Of a DNA stretch of 44,521 nt, positions 23,568 to 32,756 are shown in pieces. How positions within the stretch are numbered: position 1 is the stretch's first letter; every line of letters begins with the position of its first letter. Under the pieces are notes generated by a model, which saw only the letters and a list, made by a program, of their open reading frames with translations, ran no database searches and had not been told where the DNA came from. A program made the translations under genes and the position numbers. Source of the stretch: Acidimicrobiales bacterium (lineage in GTDB: Bacteria > Actinomycetota > Acidimicrobiia > Acidimicrobiales > VFJN01); the NCBI GenBank assembly GCA_035649455.1, contig DASRJN010000491.1:1-44521 (forward strand), in the 5' to 3' direction.

Positions 23568-24235
23568 GGCACCCTCGCCGGGCTCGTCCGCCGTAGAACC
23601 TGGTCGGCCCGGGCCACGAAGCGGTCACGGACCTCCGGACCGGCCGGGTCGCCGCCGTACCACACGGCCTCGAACACCTCGGTGGCGGCCGCGAAGTCCG
23701 CGGCGACGTCGGGGGCGGTCCGCCGCACGTCGGCCACGAGCTCGCCCGCGGTGCGCCCCACCAGGTCGGTGATGACCTCGCGGGCGGCCAGCTCCGCCAC
23801 CAGCACGCGATAGCGGGCGCGCAGGGCGTCGCGCCAGCGGCCCTCGGCCTCGGCCCGCACCACCTCGGCGGGCCAGTCCACGTCGTCCTCGCCCGGCGCC
23901 ACCACCACCCGGCTGCCGTCGCGGGCTGCAGGCCGTCCGCCGAGGGACCACCCGGCCCGGCTGCGGTAGACCAGCCACACCACCAGGCCCGCGAGCGCGA
24001 ACAGCACCAGCCAGCCCACCCACACCGGCACCCCCCCGATGCCGAACGGCGACACCAGGCGCGAGAGCTGCCGGGCGATCCAGTCCCCCGCCCGGTCGAT
24101 CAGCGTCGGGTCGTCGCGCCAGTTGTACCGGGCCCGGGACAGGATCTCGTCCGCCGCCTCGCGGGCCTCGGCGGGCTCGTGCGCCGGGTCGGGGAGGTCG
24201 AGCGGCAGCCAGTGCCGCGCCAGTGGCAGCAGCAC
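23564..24235 (-). CDS. DUF4129-like membrane protein
   Basis: One TM (VWVGWLVLFALAGLVVWLV). The C-terminal region GRTAGELVADV ... FEAVWYGG resembles the DUF4129 / transglutaminase-tail pattern. Confidence 0.55.
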   Translation of the reverse strand: MLLPLARHWLPLDLPDPAHEPAEAREAADEILSRARYNWRDDPTLIDRAGDWIARQLSRLVSPFGIGGVPVWVGWLVLFALAGLVVWLVYRSRAGWSLGGRPAARDGSRVVVAPGEDDVDWPAEVVRAEAEGRWRDALRARYRVLVAELAAREVITDLVGRTAGELVADVRRTAPDVAADFAAATEVFEAVWYGGDPAGPEVRDRFVARADQVLRRTSPARVP

Positions 24236-24236
24236 G

Positions 24237-25232
24237 TCAGGGGCGCCGATCGAGCACGTGGCCGGCGGCCATCTCGATGTCGAGGCCCTCGGTACGCACC
24301 CGTAGGTCGAGGTAGAGCAGCACGGTGGACGCCGCCACGAACGGCACGACGATGACCTCGGCCGCGATGTTGCCGACAGCCAGGATGGGCCACGCCCGGC
24401 CCAGCCCGGCCCAGGCGGCCAGCACCTGCGGCAGGGCGCTGAGCGCGGTGCTCAGCAGCCAGCTCGTCAGCCCCATGAGCAGGGCGATCCCCAGCGTGGG
24501 CATGTAGCGGGCCCGGGCGAGGCGGCTGGCGCGGCCCAGGCTGGCGAAGGGGCCCTGACCCTCGACCGCCACGACCGGGGCCACCGGCACGAACAGCGCC
24601 ATGACGAAGGGCAGGCCGATGTAGCAGGCGAGGAAGCCGCCGACCTCGGCGACCTTCACCACCACGAAGGTCACGAGCAGGGGCCAGGAGCGTCGGGCGA
24701 TCACCCCGAACAGCTCGCCGATCCGCGGATCGCGCCCCATGGTCCACTGGGTGACGAGGTGGGCGAGGGCGGCGGCCACGCACACCAGGGCGAGCGTGGA
24801 CAGCAGGATGACGCCGATGCCCGCCACGATCTCGGCGCCCTGGGTCCCGGACGACTCGTTGAGGACCGTGGGGTCGTCGGTGATGAGGTCGGCGATGGGC
24901 ACCCCGCCCAGATAGTCACGCTGGAGATAGGCCGCGACCACTTGGAGGGGGACGACGAAGGCCGCGGTCAGCCCGATGATGCGGGCGGGGCGGGCCTTCA
25001 GCACCGCGAAGCCGCCGTCCAGGATGTCGGCCGTGGTGCGGGGCATGAGCGGGATGGAGGGCACCGCGTCCGCTCCCGGCCGGGCCCGCTCGCCGTCGGG
25101 CGAGACGAGTGGCGGTTCGGACGGCGCCACCGGGGTGGGAGCTTCGGGGACCGGCTGATCGACGACCGAGCCGGGCACCGCCCAGCCCTGCCGCGTCACC
25201 CCGGGATCGTCCATCGGGCCATCATCGCCCAT
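24237..25232 (-). CDS. polytopic membrane protein with a Pro-rich N-terminus, first gene of the MoxR operon
   Basis: About six hydrophobic helices. Only 1 nt separates its stop from the next gene's start. An alternative ATG lies at 25214. Confidence 0.55.
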   Translation of the reverse strand: MGDDGPMDDPGVTRQGWAVPGSVVDQPVPEAPTPVAPSEPPLVSPDGERARPGADAVPSIPLMPRTTADILDGGFAVLKARPARIIGLTAAFVVPLQVVAAYLQRDYLGGVPIADLITDDPTVLNESSGTQGAEIVAGIGVILLSTLALVCVAAALAHLVTQWTMGRDPRIGELFGVIARRSWPLLVTFVVVKVAEVGGFLACYIGLPFVMALFVPVAPVVAVEGQGPFASLGRASRLARARYMPTLGIALLMGLTSWLLSTALSALPQVLAAWAGLGRAWPILAVGNIAAEVIVVPFVAASTVLLYLDLRVRTEGLDIEMAAGHVLDRRP

Positions 25233-25273
25233 GATGGGCAGGGCTGCTGCACGCCAACGCCCCGGAGGCGCAT

Positions 25274-26035
25274 GTGGAGGGCTACGGACCCGGCACCTAC
25301 GGCGATCGCCTCGCCGACGTCTACGACGGCTGGTACCAGGACGTCACCGACGTCGAGGCCACCGTCGATCGGGTGGCCGCGCTGGCGGGCGACCCGCCCG
25401 GTCCGGTGCTGGAGCTGGGGGCGGGCAGCGGGCGGCTGGCGGTGCCGCTGGCGGCTCGTGGCCTCGAGGTGTGGGCGCTGGACGCCTCGGCCGCCATGGT
25501 CGAGCGGCTGCGGGCCAAGCCGGGCGGTGCGGCCGTGCACGCGGTGGTGGGCGACATGGCCGCCCTTGACCTCGGCCCGGGGGCGCCGGCCGCCTTCGCG
25601 GTCGTGCTGTGCGCATACAACACGCTTTTCAACCTCACCGACACGGAATCCCAGCGCCGCTGCCTGGCCCGGGTGGCCGGCGTCCTGGCGCCCGGGGGCC
25701 GCGTGCTGGTCGAGGCGTTCGTGCCGCCGCCCGCGGGCGAGCCGGACGCGGTGACCAGCGCGGTCGAGCCCCGCCACATCGGCCTGGACGAGGTCGTGCT
25801 GACCGTGAGCCGGATCGATCCGGACGCCCGCACCGTCACCGGCCAGCACGTCCAGATCCGGGAGGAAGGCATTCGCCTGCGCCCGTTCGTGCTCCACTAC
25901 GCGGGGCCCGAGGAGATCGACGCGTTGGCCGCGGAAGCAGGGCTTGTGCTCGTGGACCGCCACGCAGGGTGGCGGGGTGAGCCGTACTCGCTGTCCTCCG
26001 AGAGCCATGTGAGCAGCTATGCCCGGGACGAGTGA
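25274..26035 (+). CDS. class I SAM-dependent methyltransferase
   Basis: Motif I VLELGAGSGRLAVPLA and post-I WALDAS. GTG start with GGAGG 5 nt upstream. Confidence 0.8.
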   Translation: MEGYGPGTYGDRLADVYDGWYQDVTDVEATVDRVAALAGDPPGPVLELGAGSGRLAVPLAARGLEVWALDASAAMVERLRAKPGGAAVHAVVGDMAALDLGPGAPAAFAVVLCAYNTLFNLTDTESQRRCLARVAGVLAPGGRVLVEAFVPPPAGEPDAVTSAVEPRHIGLDEVVLTVSRIDPDARTVTGQHVQIREEGIRLRPFVLHYAGPEEIDALAAEAGLVLVDRHAGWRGEPYSLSSESHVSSYARDE

Positions 26036-26135
26036 CCACGACGGCGACAACACGGTCCGTGCGTCCGGGCCGAAGGCGATACTTTGACGCGGTGTTCACG
26101 TTCGTGGATAGCCGCCGCCTGATTTCGCTGCCTCG

Positions 26136-27110
26136 ATGAGCCAGCTCCGCCTCAACCCCCTCACCGGCCGCTGGGTCGCCGTCGCCGTCGATCGCGAGAA
26201 CCGCCCCGGTGATCTCGTGTCCCGCCAGCTCCCTGTCGAAGCCGACCCCGAGCGCCCCTGCCCGTTCTGCCCCGGCAACGAAGAGGCCACCCCACCGGCC
26301 CTCGAGACCTACGGCAAGCACGGCGACTGGGTGGTGCGGGTCGTGCCCAACCGCTACCCCGCCTTCGATGGCGACGAGCCCCTGCGCGTCCAGAACATGG
26401 GCCCGGTGTTCACGCAGGCGGCGGCGAGCGGCATCCACGAGGTGCTGGTGTTCTCGCCGGACCACGACTCGGGCTGGGCCGACCTGGACGACGCCCAGGC
26501 CGCGGTCACCATGGCGGCCATCCGGGACCGCATGGAAGACCACGCCCGCCGGCCCTCGATCCGCTACACGCAGGTGATCGTGAACCACGGCCGCGAGGCG
26601 GGCGCCAGCCTGGTGCACCCGCACGGCCAGCTGCTGGGCATCCCCTTCGTCCCCGGCGAGATCGCCGAGGAGGAGGCCGGCTTCCGGCGGTTCGAGGGCT
26701 CGTGCCTGCTGTGCACCACCCTCGAGGCGGAGGAGGCCGCCGACCACCGGCTGGTGTACGCCGACGACCGGGTCGTGGTGGTGTGCCCGTTCTGGTCCGG
26801 CACCCCCTACGAGATGCTCGTGCTCCCCCGGCAGCACGCCGTCCAGGTCATCGACGCCGCCCCCGCGGATGTGGCCGCGGTGGGCCGGGCCATCCGCACC
26901 GTCCTGGCCCGGCTCCGGGGCAGCCTCGGGGGCGTCGCCTACAACCTGGTGTTCCACACCGCACCCCACCGCCACGCCGGCCCGTTCCACTGGCACGTGC
27001 ATGTGCTGCCGCGGGTCACCAGCGTGGCCGGCTTCGAGCAGGGCACCGGCGTGATGATCGACATCGTGGCCCCCGAGATCGCGGCCAAGCACCTCAACGT
27101 CGTGGGCTGA
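26136..27110 (+). CDS. galT: galactose-1-phosphate uridylyltransferase-type (GalT/HIT superfamily) nucleotidyltransferase
   Basis: Zn site CPFCPGNE, RVVPNRYPAF, and the active-site HPHGQ. No galK or galE is adjacent, so the substrate is uncertain. Confidence 0.75.
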   Translation: MSQLRLNPLTGRWVAVAVDRENRPGDLVSRQLPVEADPERPCPFCPGNEEATPPALETYGKHGDWVVRVVPNRYPAFDGDEPLRVQNMGPVFTQAAASGIHEVLVFSPDHDSGWADLDDAQAAVTMAAIRDRMEDHARRPSIRYTQVIVNHGREAGASLVHPHGQLLGIPFVPGEIAEEEAGFRRFEGSCLLCTTLEAEEAADHRLVYADDRVVVVCPFWSGTPYEMLVLPRQHAVQVIDAAPADVAAVGRAIRTVLARLRGSLGGVAYNLVFHTAPHRHAGPFHWHVHVLPRVTSVAGFEQGTGVMIDIVAPEIAAKHLNVVG

Positions 27111-27122
27111 GCCCCCGGCGGT

Positions 27123-27971
27123 TCAGTCGCGGTCGTGGCTGGCGGTGACGGCCAGGTCGTAGGCCCGCCGGCGCGGGACCGACAGCCGGTCGGCGACGGC
27201 CCGGGCCGCGTCGCGGGCGGTGGCTCCGGCCGCCAGCTCGTCCCGGAGGGCGGCCAGCACGTCCTCGTCGTCCGGGGGGGCGGCCGCGGGGGCCCCGGCC
27301 AGCACTATGACCATCTCCCCCCGGGGCTGGCGGTCCTCGGCCCAGGCGACGGCGCCCCCCAGCGTGCCTCGCCACACCTCCTCGTGCAGCTTGGTGAGCT
27401 CGCGGGCCACGACCACCGGCCGGCCGTCTCCGCAGGCCGCAGCCAGGTCCGCCAGGGTGCGGGCCAGACGGTGGGGCGCCTCGTAGAGCACGGTGGTGCG
27501 GAGCTCGCGGGCCACCGCGCCCAGCCGCTCGGTGCGGCCCGCGCCCTTGCGGGGCAGGAAGCCCTCGAACACGAAGCGGCCCGTGGGCAGCCCGCTGACC
27601 ACCAGAGCCGCCAGCGACGCCGACGGCCCCGGGACGACCTCGACCGCATGGCCGGCGGCCACGACCGCCGCCACCAGCCGTTCGCCGGGGTCGGAGATGC
27701 CCGGCATGCCCGCGTCCGACACCAGGGCGACGCGCTCGCCCCGGGCCAGGCGGGCCAGCACCTGGGGGATCTCGCGGGCCTCGCTGTGCTCGTTCACCAC
27801 CACCAGCGGCCGGCGCTCGATGCCCGCCAAGCTGAGCAGCTTGCCGGTCCGGCGGGTGTCCTCGCAGCAGACCGCGTCCGCGCCCGCCAGAGCTTCGGCC
27901 GCCCGCGGCGCGAGGTCGCCGAGGTTGCCGATGGGCGTGCCCACCAGCACCAGGCTGCCCGCCTGGGTCAT
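27123..27971 (-). CDS. rsmI: 16S rRNA (cytidine1402-2'-O)-methyltransferase
   Basis: LVLVGTPIGNLGDLAPRA ... CEDTRRTGKLL ... SDAGMPGISDPG. The ATG overlaps the DUF192 stop (ATGA). Confidence 0.9.
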   Translation of the reverse strand: MTQAGSLVLVGTPIGNLGDLAPRAAEALAGADAVCCEDTRRTGKLLSLAGIERRPLVVVNEHSEAREIPQVLARLARGERVALVSDAGMPGISDPGERLVAAVVAAGHAVEVVPGPSASLAALVVSGLPTGRFVFEGFLPRKGAGRTERLGAVARELRTTVLYEAPHRLARTLADLAAACGDGRPVVVARELTKLHEEVWRGTLGGAVAWAEDRQPRGEMVIVLAGAPAAAPPDDEDVLAALRDELAAGATARDAARAVADRLSVPRRRAYDLAVTASHDRD

Positions 27972-28297
27972 CCCTTGACCTCGAGCTGGTCGCCGGGCCG
28001 CAGGTTCCAGCGGGAGAACGCCCCGGCCTCGGCCTCGATGACCGAGCGGGCCCGCCACACGGGCCGGGACAGGCGGTGGCGGCGCATGGTCACCACCCGC
28101 AGCACCTTGAGGTCGCCGTCGCAGAAGGCGACATCGATGGCGAAGCGCATGCCGAGCGTGTGCACCGACCGGGAGGGCGACAGCAGCAGCGCGCCGTCGA
28201 TGCCGTCCCGGCCCAGGAGCCCCTTTGCCCGGGCGCGCCGCGTGGGCGCCACTTCGAGGCTGGCCAGGACCTCACCTTCTCTCAGTAACCAGGCCAC
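27968..28297 (-). CDS. DUF192 domain protein
   Basis: 109 aa with GLLGR ... SVHTLGMRFAIDVAF ... VIEAEAG, the DUF192 pattern. GTG start. Confidence 0.7.
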   Translation of the reverse strand: MAWLLREGEVLASLEVAPTRRARAKGLLGRDGIDGALLLSPSRSVHTLGMRFAIDVAFCDGDLKVLRVVTMRRHRLSRPVWRARSVIEAEAGAFSRWNLRPGDQLEVKG

Positions 28298-28336
28298 GGC
28301 ACTTCATCATGCCGACACCGCGCCCCAGATACGCAG

Positions 28337-29029
28337 TCAACCGGCCTTGGCCGCCTCGACGAACGCGGTGACCAACGGGTGAGGGTGGATGATCGTGCTG
28401 CGAGCCTGGGGCACGAACAGGGTGCCGAGGAAGAACGGGTGGTCGGCGAGCTCGACGATCCGCACCTCGCCGTCCTGGTCGGTGCCGCTCACCTGCAGGC
28501 CCGCGGCCACCAGGTCGTCGACGTAGGTGGGGTTGAGCCCGAACCGGCAGTAGTACCGCTCGGTGACGCTCGCCTCCCCGTACGCCGAACCCGCCCGCGT
28601 GCCCTCGCGCACCTCGACCGCCATCACCTCGCCCACCAGTGAGCAGACCAGCGGGGTGACCATCAGCTGGGGCGCGTCGGGGTGGGACTCGGCGTGCTGC
28701 GCGCCGGCGATCCCCGCCACGTTCCGGGCGATCTCGATCACCAGGTGCTGGAAGCCGCCGCACGTCCCCAGCAACGGCACGCCCTCGGTGCGGGCGTGGG
28801 TGATGGCGGCCAGCGCCCCGTCCTGGCTGCGGTAGGGGCTGCCGGGGGCGATGAGCAGGCCCTCGAACGAGCCCAGGCGGTCCGCCGCGTCGCCGACATC
28901 GGCGGTGGACACCCACTCGACGTCCACCTGCGTCCCCAACCTCAGGGCCGAATGACCCAGGGCGTCGCCGGTCGCCACGTGGGTCTCGTTGCCGGGGTCG
29001 TACTCGCCGATCACACCGATGCTGGGCAC
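28337..29029 (-). CDS. stand-alone class I glutamine amidotransferase resembling the C-terminal domain of CTP synthase
   Basis: The GTCGGFQ nucleophile elbow and overall similarity to the PyrG GATase half. No synthetase domain is present. GTG start. Confidence 0.7.
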   Translation of the reverse strand: MPSIGVIGEYDPGNETHVATGDALGHSALRLGTQVDVEWVSTADVGDAADRLGSFEGLLIAPGSPYRSQDGALAAITHARTEGVPLLGTCGGFQHLVIEIARNVAGIAGAQHAESHPDAPQLMVTPLVCSLVGEVMAVEVREGTRAGSAYGEASVTERYYCRFGLNPTYVDDLVAAGLQVSGTDQDGEVRIVELADHPFFLGTLFVPQARSTIIHPHPLVTAFVEAAKAG

Positions 29030-29163
29030 ATCGCACTGTGCCGTGCCCCGCGCCCGGCTGCCAGTCGGTTTCGGTCGCCCGGTCGATCCGACGGGCGAAC
29101 TGCGGTCGGTCCGTGGTAGGGAAGGCCTCGTCGACGCCCTCGCCCACGGAGGTCAGCCCGCCA

Positions 29164-29895
29164 GTGCAATGGACGAGTGATACTGACTTTGTCCTGGACG
29201 ACACGGTCTTCCGCGCCTTGTGGTGGTTCGAATTCGAGTCGACCAGCGACCGCTTCTTGCTCGCCAAAGAGCGGAAGCAAGTCGAGTATTACTGTGGGCT
29301 GGTTGCCGGCCTGGGTCCCCGGAACGTCGTGGAGCTGGGCATCTACCAGGGTGGGAGCACTGCATTCTTCGCCGCCCTGGCGAAGCCGCGCCGGCTGGTC
29401 GGGATCGAGCTGGAGGAGAATTCCGCGCCCGCGTTGCAGCAGTACATCGCCGACAAAGGACTCGATGACGTGGTCAGCGTTCACTACGGCGTTGACCAGA
29501 GTGATGTCGCCGCCGTACGCCGCATTGTCGAGACGGAGTTCGCAGGCGAGGGGATCGACCTGGTTGTCGACGATGCGTCGCATCGGCTGACTCCCAGCCG
29601 AATCTCCTTCAATACGTTGTTCCCGTACGTTCGACCGGGCGGTATCTACGTCATCGAGGACTGGGCGCTTCTCCACATAGGCTGGTGCGAGCCTGACCAA
29701 AGGGCAGAGACGCTTTCCTCGCTTGGCTTCGAGCTGCTCATGGCCGTCGGTGGGCGAGGTGGCGTGATCGAGAGCGTCGAGATCAACCAGTATGTGATCG
29801 CCGTCAAGCGCGGCAGCGCGGAAATCGATCCCGACACCTTCGACATCGGGCGTTGCTACAACGACGAGTCCCGAGAGCTCCTACCACGTCTGTGA
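29164..29895 (+). CDS. CmcI / cephalosporin-hydroxylase-family class I methyltransferase
   Basis: VVELGIYQGGSTAFF, LVGIELEE, and LVVDDASHRLTPS...VRPGGIYVIEDW. GTG 29164 has GGAGG 11 nt upstream; the ORF is open to 29038. GC is visibly lower than in the neighbouring genes. Confidence 0.7.
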   Translation: MQWTSDTDFVLDDTVFRALWWFEFESTSDRFLLAKERKQVEYYCGLVAGLGPRNVVELGIYQGGSTAFFAALAKPRRLVGIELEENSAPALQQYIADKGLDDVVSVHYGVDQSDVAAVRRIVETEFAGEGIDLVVDDASHRLTPSRISFNTLFPYVRPGGIYVIEDWALLHIGWCEPDQRAETLSSLGFELLMAVGGRGGVIESVEINQYVIAVKRGSAEIDPDTFDIGRCYNDESRELLPRL

Positions 29896-29901
29896 CCGCG
29901 C

Positions 29902-30978
29902 TCAGACGTTGAAGCGGATCTCCAGGGTGTCGCCGTCGGCCACCTCGTAGTCCTTGCCCTCGACCCGCAGCTTGCCGACGTCACGGGCCTTGGACCACGA
30001 GCCGATCTCGACCAGCTCGTCCCACGCGATGACCTCGGCCCGGATGAAGCCCTTCTCGAAGTCGGTGTGGATGACGCCCGCGCAGCGGGGGGCCTTCCAG
30101 CCCGCCCTGAAGGTCCAGGCCCGGGACTCCTTCTCGCCGGTCGTGAAGAAGGTGCGCAGCCCCAGCAGGTGGTAGGCGCTGTGGACGAACCGCACCAGCG
30201 CGCCCTCGCCCAGGCCGAGGGCCTCCAGCATCTCGCCCCGCTCCTCCAGGCTGAGCTGGGCGGCCTCGGCCTCCAGCTGGACGCACATGCCCAGCACTTC
30301 GGCCCGACCGGCGAGCTCGGCCTCCACCGGGGCGAGGATCGACGCCGCGTCGTCGAGCTGGTCCTCGCCCAGGTTGACCACCGCCAGGACCGGGCGGTTG
30401 GTGAGCAGGAAGTAGGGCTTCAGCAGCGCCGCCGCCTCGGGAGCGAGGTCGGCCCGGTACAGCGGGGTGCCCTCGCCGAGCGCCGCCTCGGCCGCCTCCA
30501 GTGCCGCCACCTCGTCGGCCAGGGCCCGGTCGGCCTTGGCCGCCTTGCGCCGCTTGGACACCTGGTTCTCGACCGACTCCAGGTCGGCCAGCGTGAGCTC
30601 GAGCTCCACCACCCGCAGGTGCTCCAACGGGTCGGAGGGACCGGGCACGTCGCCGTCGGCGAAGGCTCGCAGCACGTAGACCACCGCGTCGACCTCGCGG
30701 ATGCTGGCCAGGAAGCGGTTGCCGAGGCCCTCGCCCTTGCTGGCCCCCTCGACCAGGCCGCCGATGTCCACGAACTGCACGCTCGCGGGCACCACGTTGC
30801 GGCTGGCGGACATGGCCGCCAGGGCGTCGAGCCGCTGATCGACCACCTTGGCCACCCCGACGTTGGGGTCGCGGGTGGCGAAGGCGTAGGGCGCGGCCAG
30901 GGCGCCCCCGCCGGCGAGGGCGTTGTACAGCGATGACTTGCCGGCGTTGGGGAGGCCGACGAACCCGAACCGTTCCAC
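29902..30978 (-). CDS. ychF: redox-regulated / ribosome-binding ATPase YchF
   Basis: GFVGLPNAGKSSLYNA P-loop and the C-terminal TGS/YchF domain (RAWTFRAGWKAP..AGVIHTDFEKGFIRAEV). Confidence 0.93.
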   Translation of the reverse strand: MERFGFVGLPNAGKSSLYNALAGGGALAAPYAFATRDPNVGVAKVVDQRLDALAAMSASRNVVPASVQFVDIGGLVEGASKGEGLGNRFLASIREVDAVVYVLRAFADGDVPGPSDPLEHLRVVELELTLADLESVENQVSKRRKAAKADRALADEVAALEAAEAALGEGTPLYRADLAPEAAALLKPYFLLTNRPVLAVVNLGEDQLDDAASILAPVEAELAGRAEVLGMCVQLEAEAAQLSLEERGEMLEALGLGEGALVRFVHSAYHLLGLRTFFTTGEKESRAWTFRAGWKAPRCAGVIHTDFEKGFIRAEVIAWDELVEIGSWSKARDVGKLRVEGKDYEVADGDTLEIRFNV

Positions 30979-31024
30979 CCTGCGAGGCTAACGACCGCGC
31001 CGGCTGGAGATAACTTGCCGAACC

Positions 31025-31678
31025 ATGGAGCGCGAGATCGTGGTGCGAGGGACGGGCGAGGTCCGAACCCTGCCCGACCTGGCGGGTCTACGCGTCGAGG
31101 TCACCGCCGAGCACCGCGACCAGGACCAGGCCTACCGGGACCGCGCCGAGCTGGCGGCGGCGGTCGACGCGGTCCTCCGCGAGCACGCCGGCGACATCTC
31201 CCGTTCCACCATCGCGTCGCTGTCCGTGCAGCCCAAGTTCCGCTGGCAGCACGACAAGCAGGTGCGCGACGGCTGGCGGGCCGGCCGCACCAACCTCGTC
31301 GAGGTGTCCGGCCTCGACGCCCTCGGCCCGCTGATGGCCGGCCTGGTCGAGGCGGGCGCGGCGGTCACCGGGCCGTCCTGGAGCCTGAACCCGACCAACC
31401 CGGCCTACGGCGAGGCCCGCCGGGCCGCGGCCGAGGACGCCCGGCTACGGGCCCAGGCCTACGCGGAGGCACTGGACGTCGGGCTGGGGCCGATCGCCTG
31501 GATCGCCGAGCCGGGCCTGCGGGGTGGGGGCTCCCAGCCCTTCGAGCCGGTGGCCCGCCCGATGATGGCCGCCGCTCGGGGCTTCGCCGCGGCCGAGGCC
31601 GAGCCGCCGGTCGAGGACCTCGGCGCCGCCGAGCTGACCGTGCAGGCGGCCGTCGAGATCGGGTTCGAGATCCTGTGA
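31025..31678 (+). CDS. SIMPL (DUF541) domain protein
   Basis: VRGTGEVRTLPDLAGLRVEV ... the AR..A..DA..RA..YA pattern. No signal peptide. Confidence 0.65.
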   Translation: MEREIVVRGTGEVRTLPDLAGLRVEVTAEHRDQDQAYRDRAELAAAVDAVLREHAGDISRSTIASLSVQPKFRWQHDKQVRDGWRAGRTNLVEVSGLDALGPLMAGLVEAGAAVTGPSWSLNPTNPAYGEARRAAAEDARLRAQAYAEALDVGLGPIAWIAEPGLRGGGSQPFEPVARPMMAAARGFAAAEAEPPVEDLGAAELTVQAAVEIGFEIL

Positions 31679-31688
31679 TGGTGACGCT

Positions 31689-32708
31689 GTGAGCATGAGC
31701 CCCGCCGACGCCCTCGACCGCATCGTGTACCTGCTCGACCGCGCCCTGGCCGAGGGCCAGAAGGTGCGGGCCTTCGCCCGGGCCCGGGACGTGGTGGAGG
31801 CCGAGGGCGACGAGGCCATCGCCGGCCTCCACGCCCAGGGCAAGCTCACCGAGCTGGCCGGCATCGGGCCCACCACCGGCAAGGTGATCGCCGAGGCGCT
31901 GGACGGTCGGGTGCCCGGCTACCTGGCCACCTTGGAGACCGAGACGCTCATCGATCCCGGGGAGGGGGCGGACCTGCGGGCCGCGCTGAAGGGCGACTGC
32001 CACACCCACTCGCTCTGGTCCGACGGTGGGGCGCCGATCGAGAAGATGGCCCGCACGGCCATCGCCCTCGGCCACGACTACATGGTCCTCACCGACCACT
32101 CGCCCCGGTTGACCGTGGCCCACGGGCTCAACGCCGAGCGCCTCCTGGCCCAGCTCGACGAAGTGGCCGGCCTCAACGAGCAGCTGGCCCCGTTCCGGAT
32201 CCTCACCGGCATCGAGGTCGACATCCTGGAGGACGGGAAGCTCGACCAGACCGAGGAGCTGCTCGCCCGCCTGGACGTGGTGGTGGCCAGCGTCCACTCC
32301 AAGCTGCGGATGGAGCGCCTGGAGATGACCCGGCGGATGGTGTCGGCCGTGGCCAGCCCGCACGTGGACATCCTGGGGCACTGCACCGGGCGCAAGCTGG
32401 TCGGCCGCGGGCGCCCGCCCTCGGTCTTCGACCCCGAGATCGTGTTCGCCGCCTGCGCCCAGTTCGACACCGCCCTGGAGATCAACTGCCGCCCCGAGCG
32501 CCAGGACCCGCCCGACGAGCTGGTGGACCTCGCCCTCGACTGGGACCTGCACTTCGCCATCGACACCGACGCCCACGCCCCCGGCCAGATGGAGTGGCAG
32601 GCCTACGGCTGCGACAAGGCCGCCCGCCACGGCATCGAGCCCGACCGGATCGTGAACACGTGGCCGGCCGACGATCTGCTGGCGTGGTCCGGCTCCCACG
32701 CGGGCTAG
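31689..32708 (+). CDS. PHP-domain phosphoesterase with an N-terminal HhH region (PolX-like, lacking the polymerase core)
   Basis: LTELAGIGPTTGKVI (HhH), then the PHP motifs GDCHTHSLWSDG, LTDHSP, GIEVDIL, ASVHS, LGHCTGR and IDTDAH. GTG 31689 or ATG 31695. Confidence 0.8.
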   Translation: MSMSPADALDRIVYLLDRALAEGQKVRAFARARDVVEAEGDEAIAGLHAQGKLTELAGIGPTTGKVIAEALDGRVPGYLATLETETLIDPGEGADLRAALKGDCHTHSLWSDGGAPIEKMARTAIALGHDYMVLTDHSPRLTVAHGLNAERLLAQLDEVAGLNEQLAPFRILTGIEVDILEDGKLDQTEELLARLDVVVASVHSKLRMERLEMTRRMVSAVASPHVDILGHCTGRKLVGRGRPPSVFDPEIVFAACAQFDTALEINCRPERQDPPDELVDLALDWDLHFAIDTDAHAPGQMEWQAYGCDKAARHGIEPDRIVNTWPADDLLAWSGSHAG

Positions 32709-32721
32709 ACCCTTGACGGGG

Positions 32722-32750
32722 TTGCCTTGACGCCCTTGCATCCCTAGCCT
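32722..32750 (+). promoter_or_regulatory. putative leaderless promoter of the antitoxin gene (TTGCCT, 17 nt, TAGCCT), embedded in a CCTTGAC/CCTTGCA triple repeat
   Basis: TAGCCT at 32745-32750 lies 6 nt before ATG 32757. CCTTGACG occurs at 32711-32718 and 32725-32732, and CCTTGCA at 32734-32740. Confidence 0.35.
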
Positions 32751-32756
32751 GAAGGC

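Noticed and set aside
26083-26112. TTGACG ... GATAGC upstream of the galT-like gene as a promoter.
   Set aside because: The -10 candidate does not match TANNNT, and the spacing is ambiguous. The evidence is too weak to report as a feature.
29222-29245. The tRNA T-arm-like string GGTTCGAATTCGAG.
   Set aside because: It lies inside the CmcI methyltransferase reading frame. No acceptor stem, anticodon arm or CCA context can be built around it.
32713-32732. The two TTGACG motifs upstream of the antitoxin gene as -35 boxes.
   Set aside because: Their spacings to the TAGCCT -10 are 26 nt and 12 nt, which are outside the functional range. TTGCCT at 32722-32727, with a 17-nt spacer, fits better. 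The repeats are more plausibly protein-binding sites.
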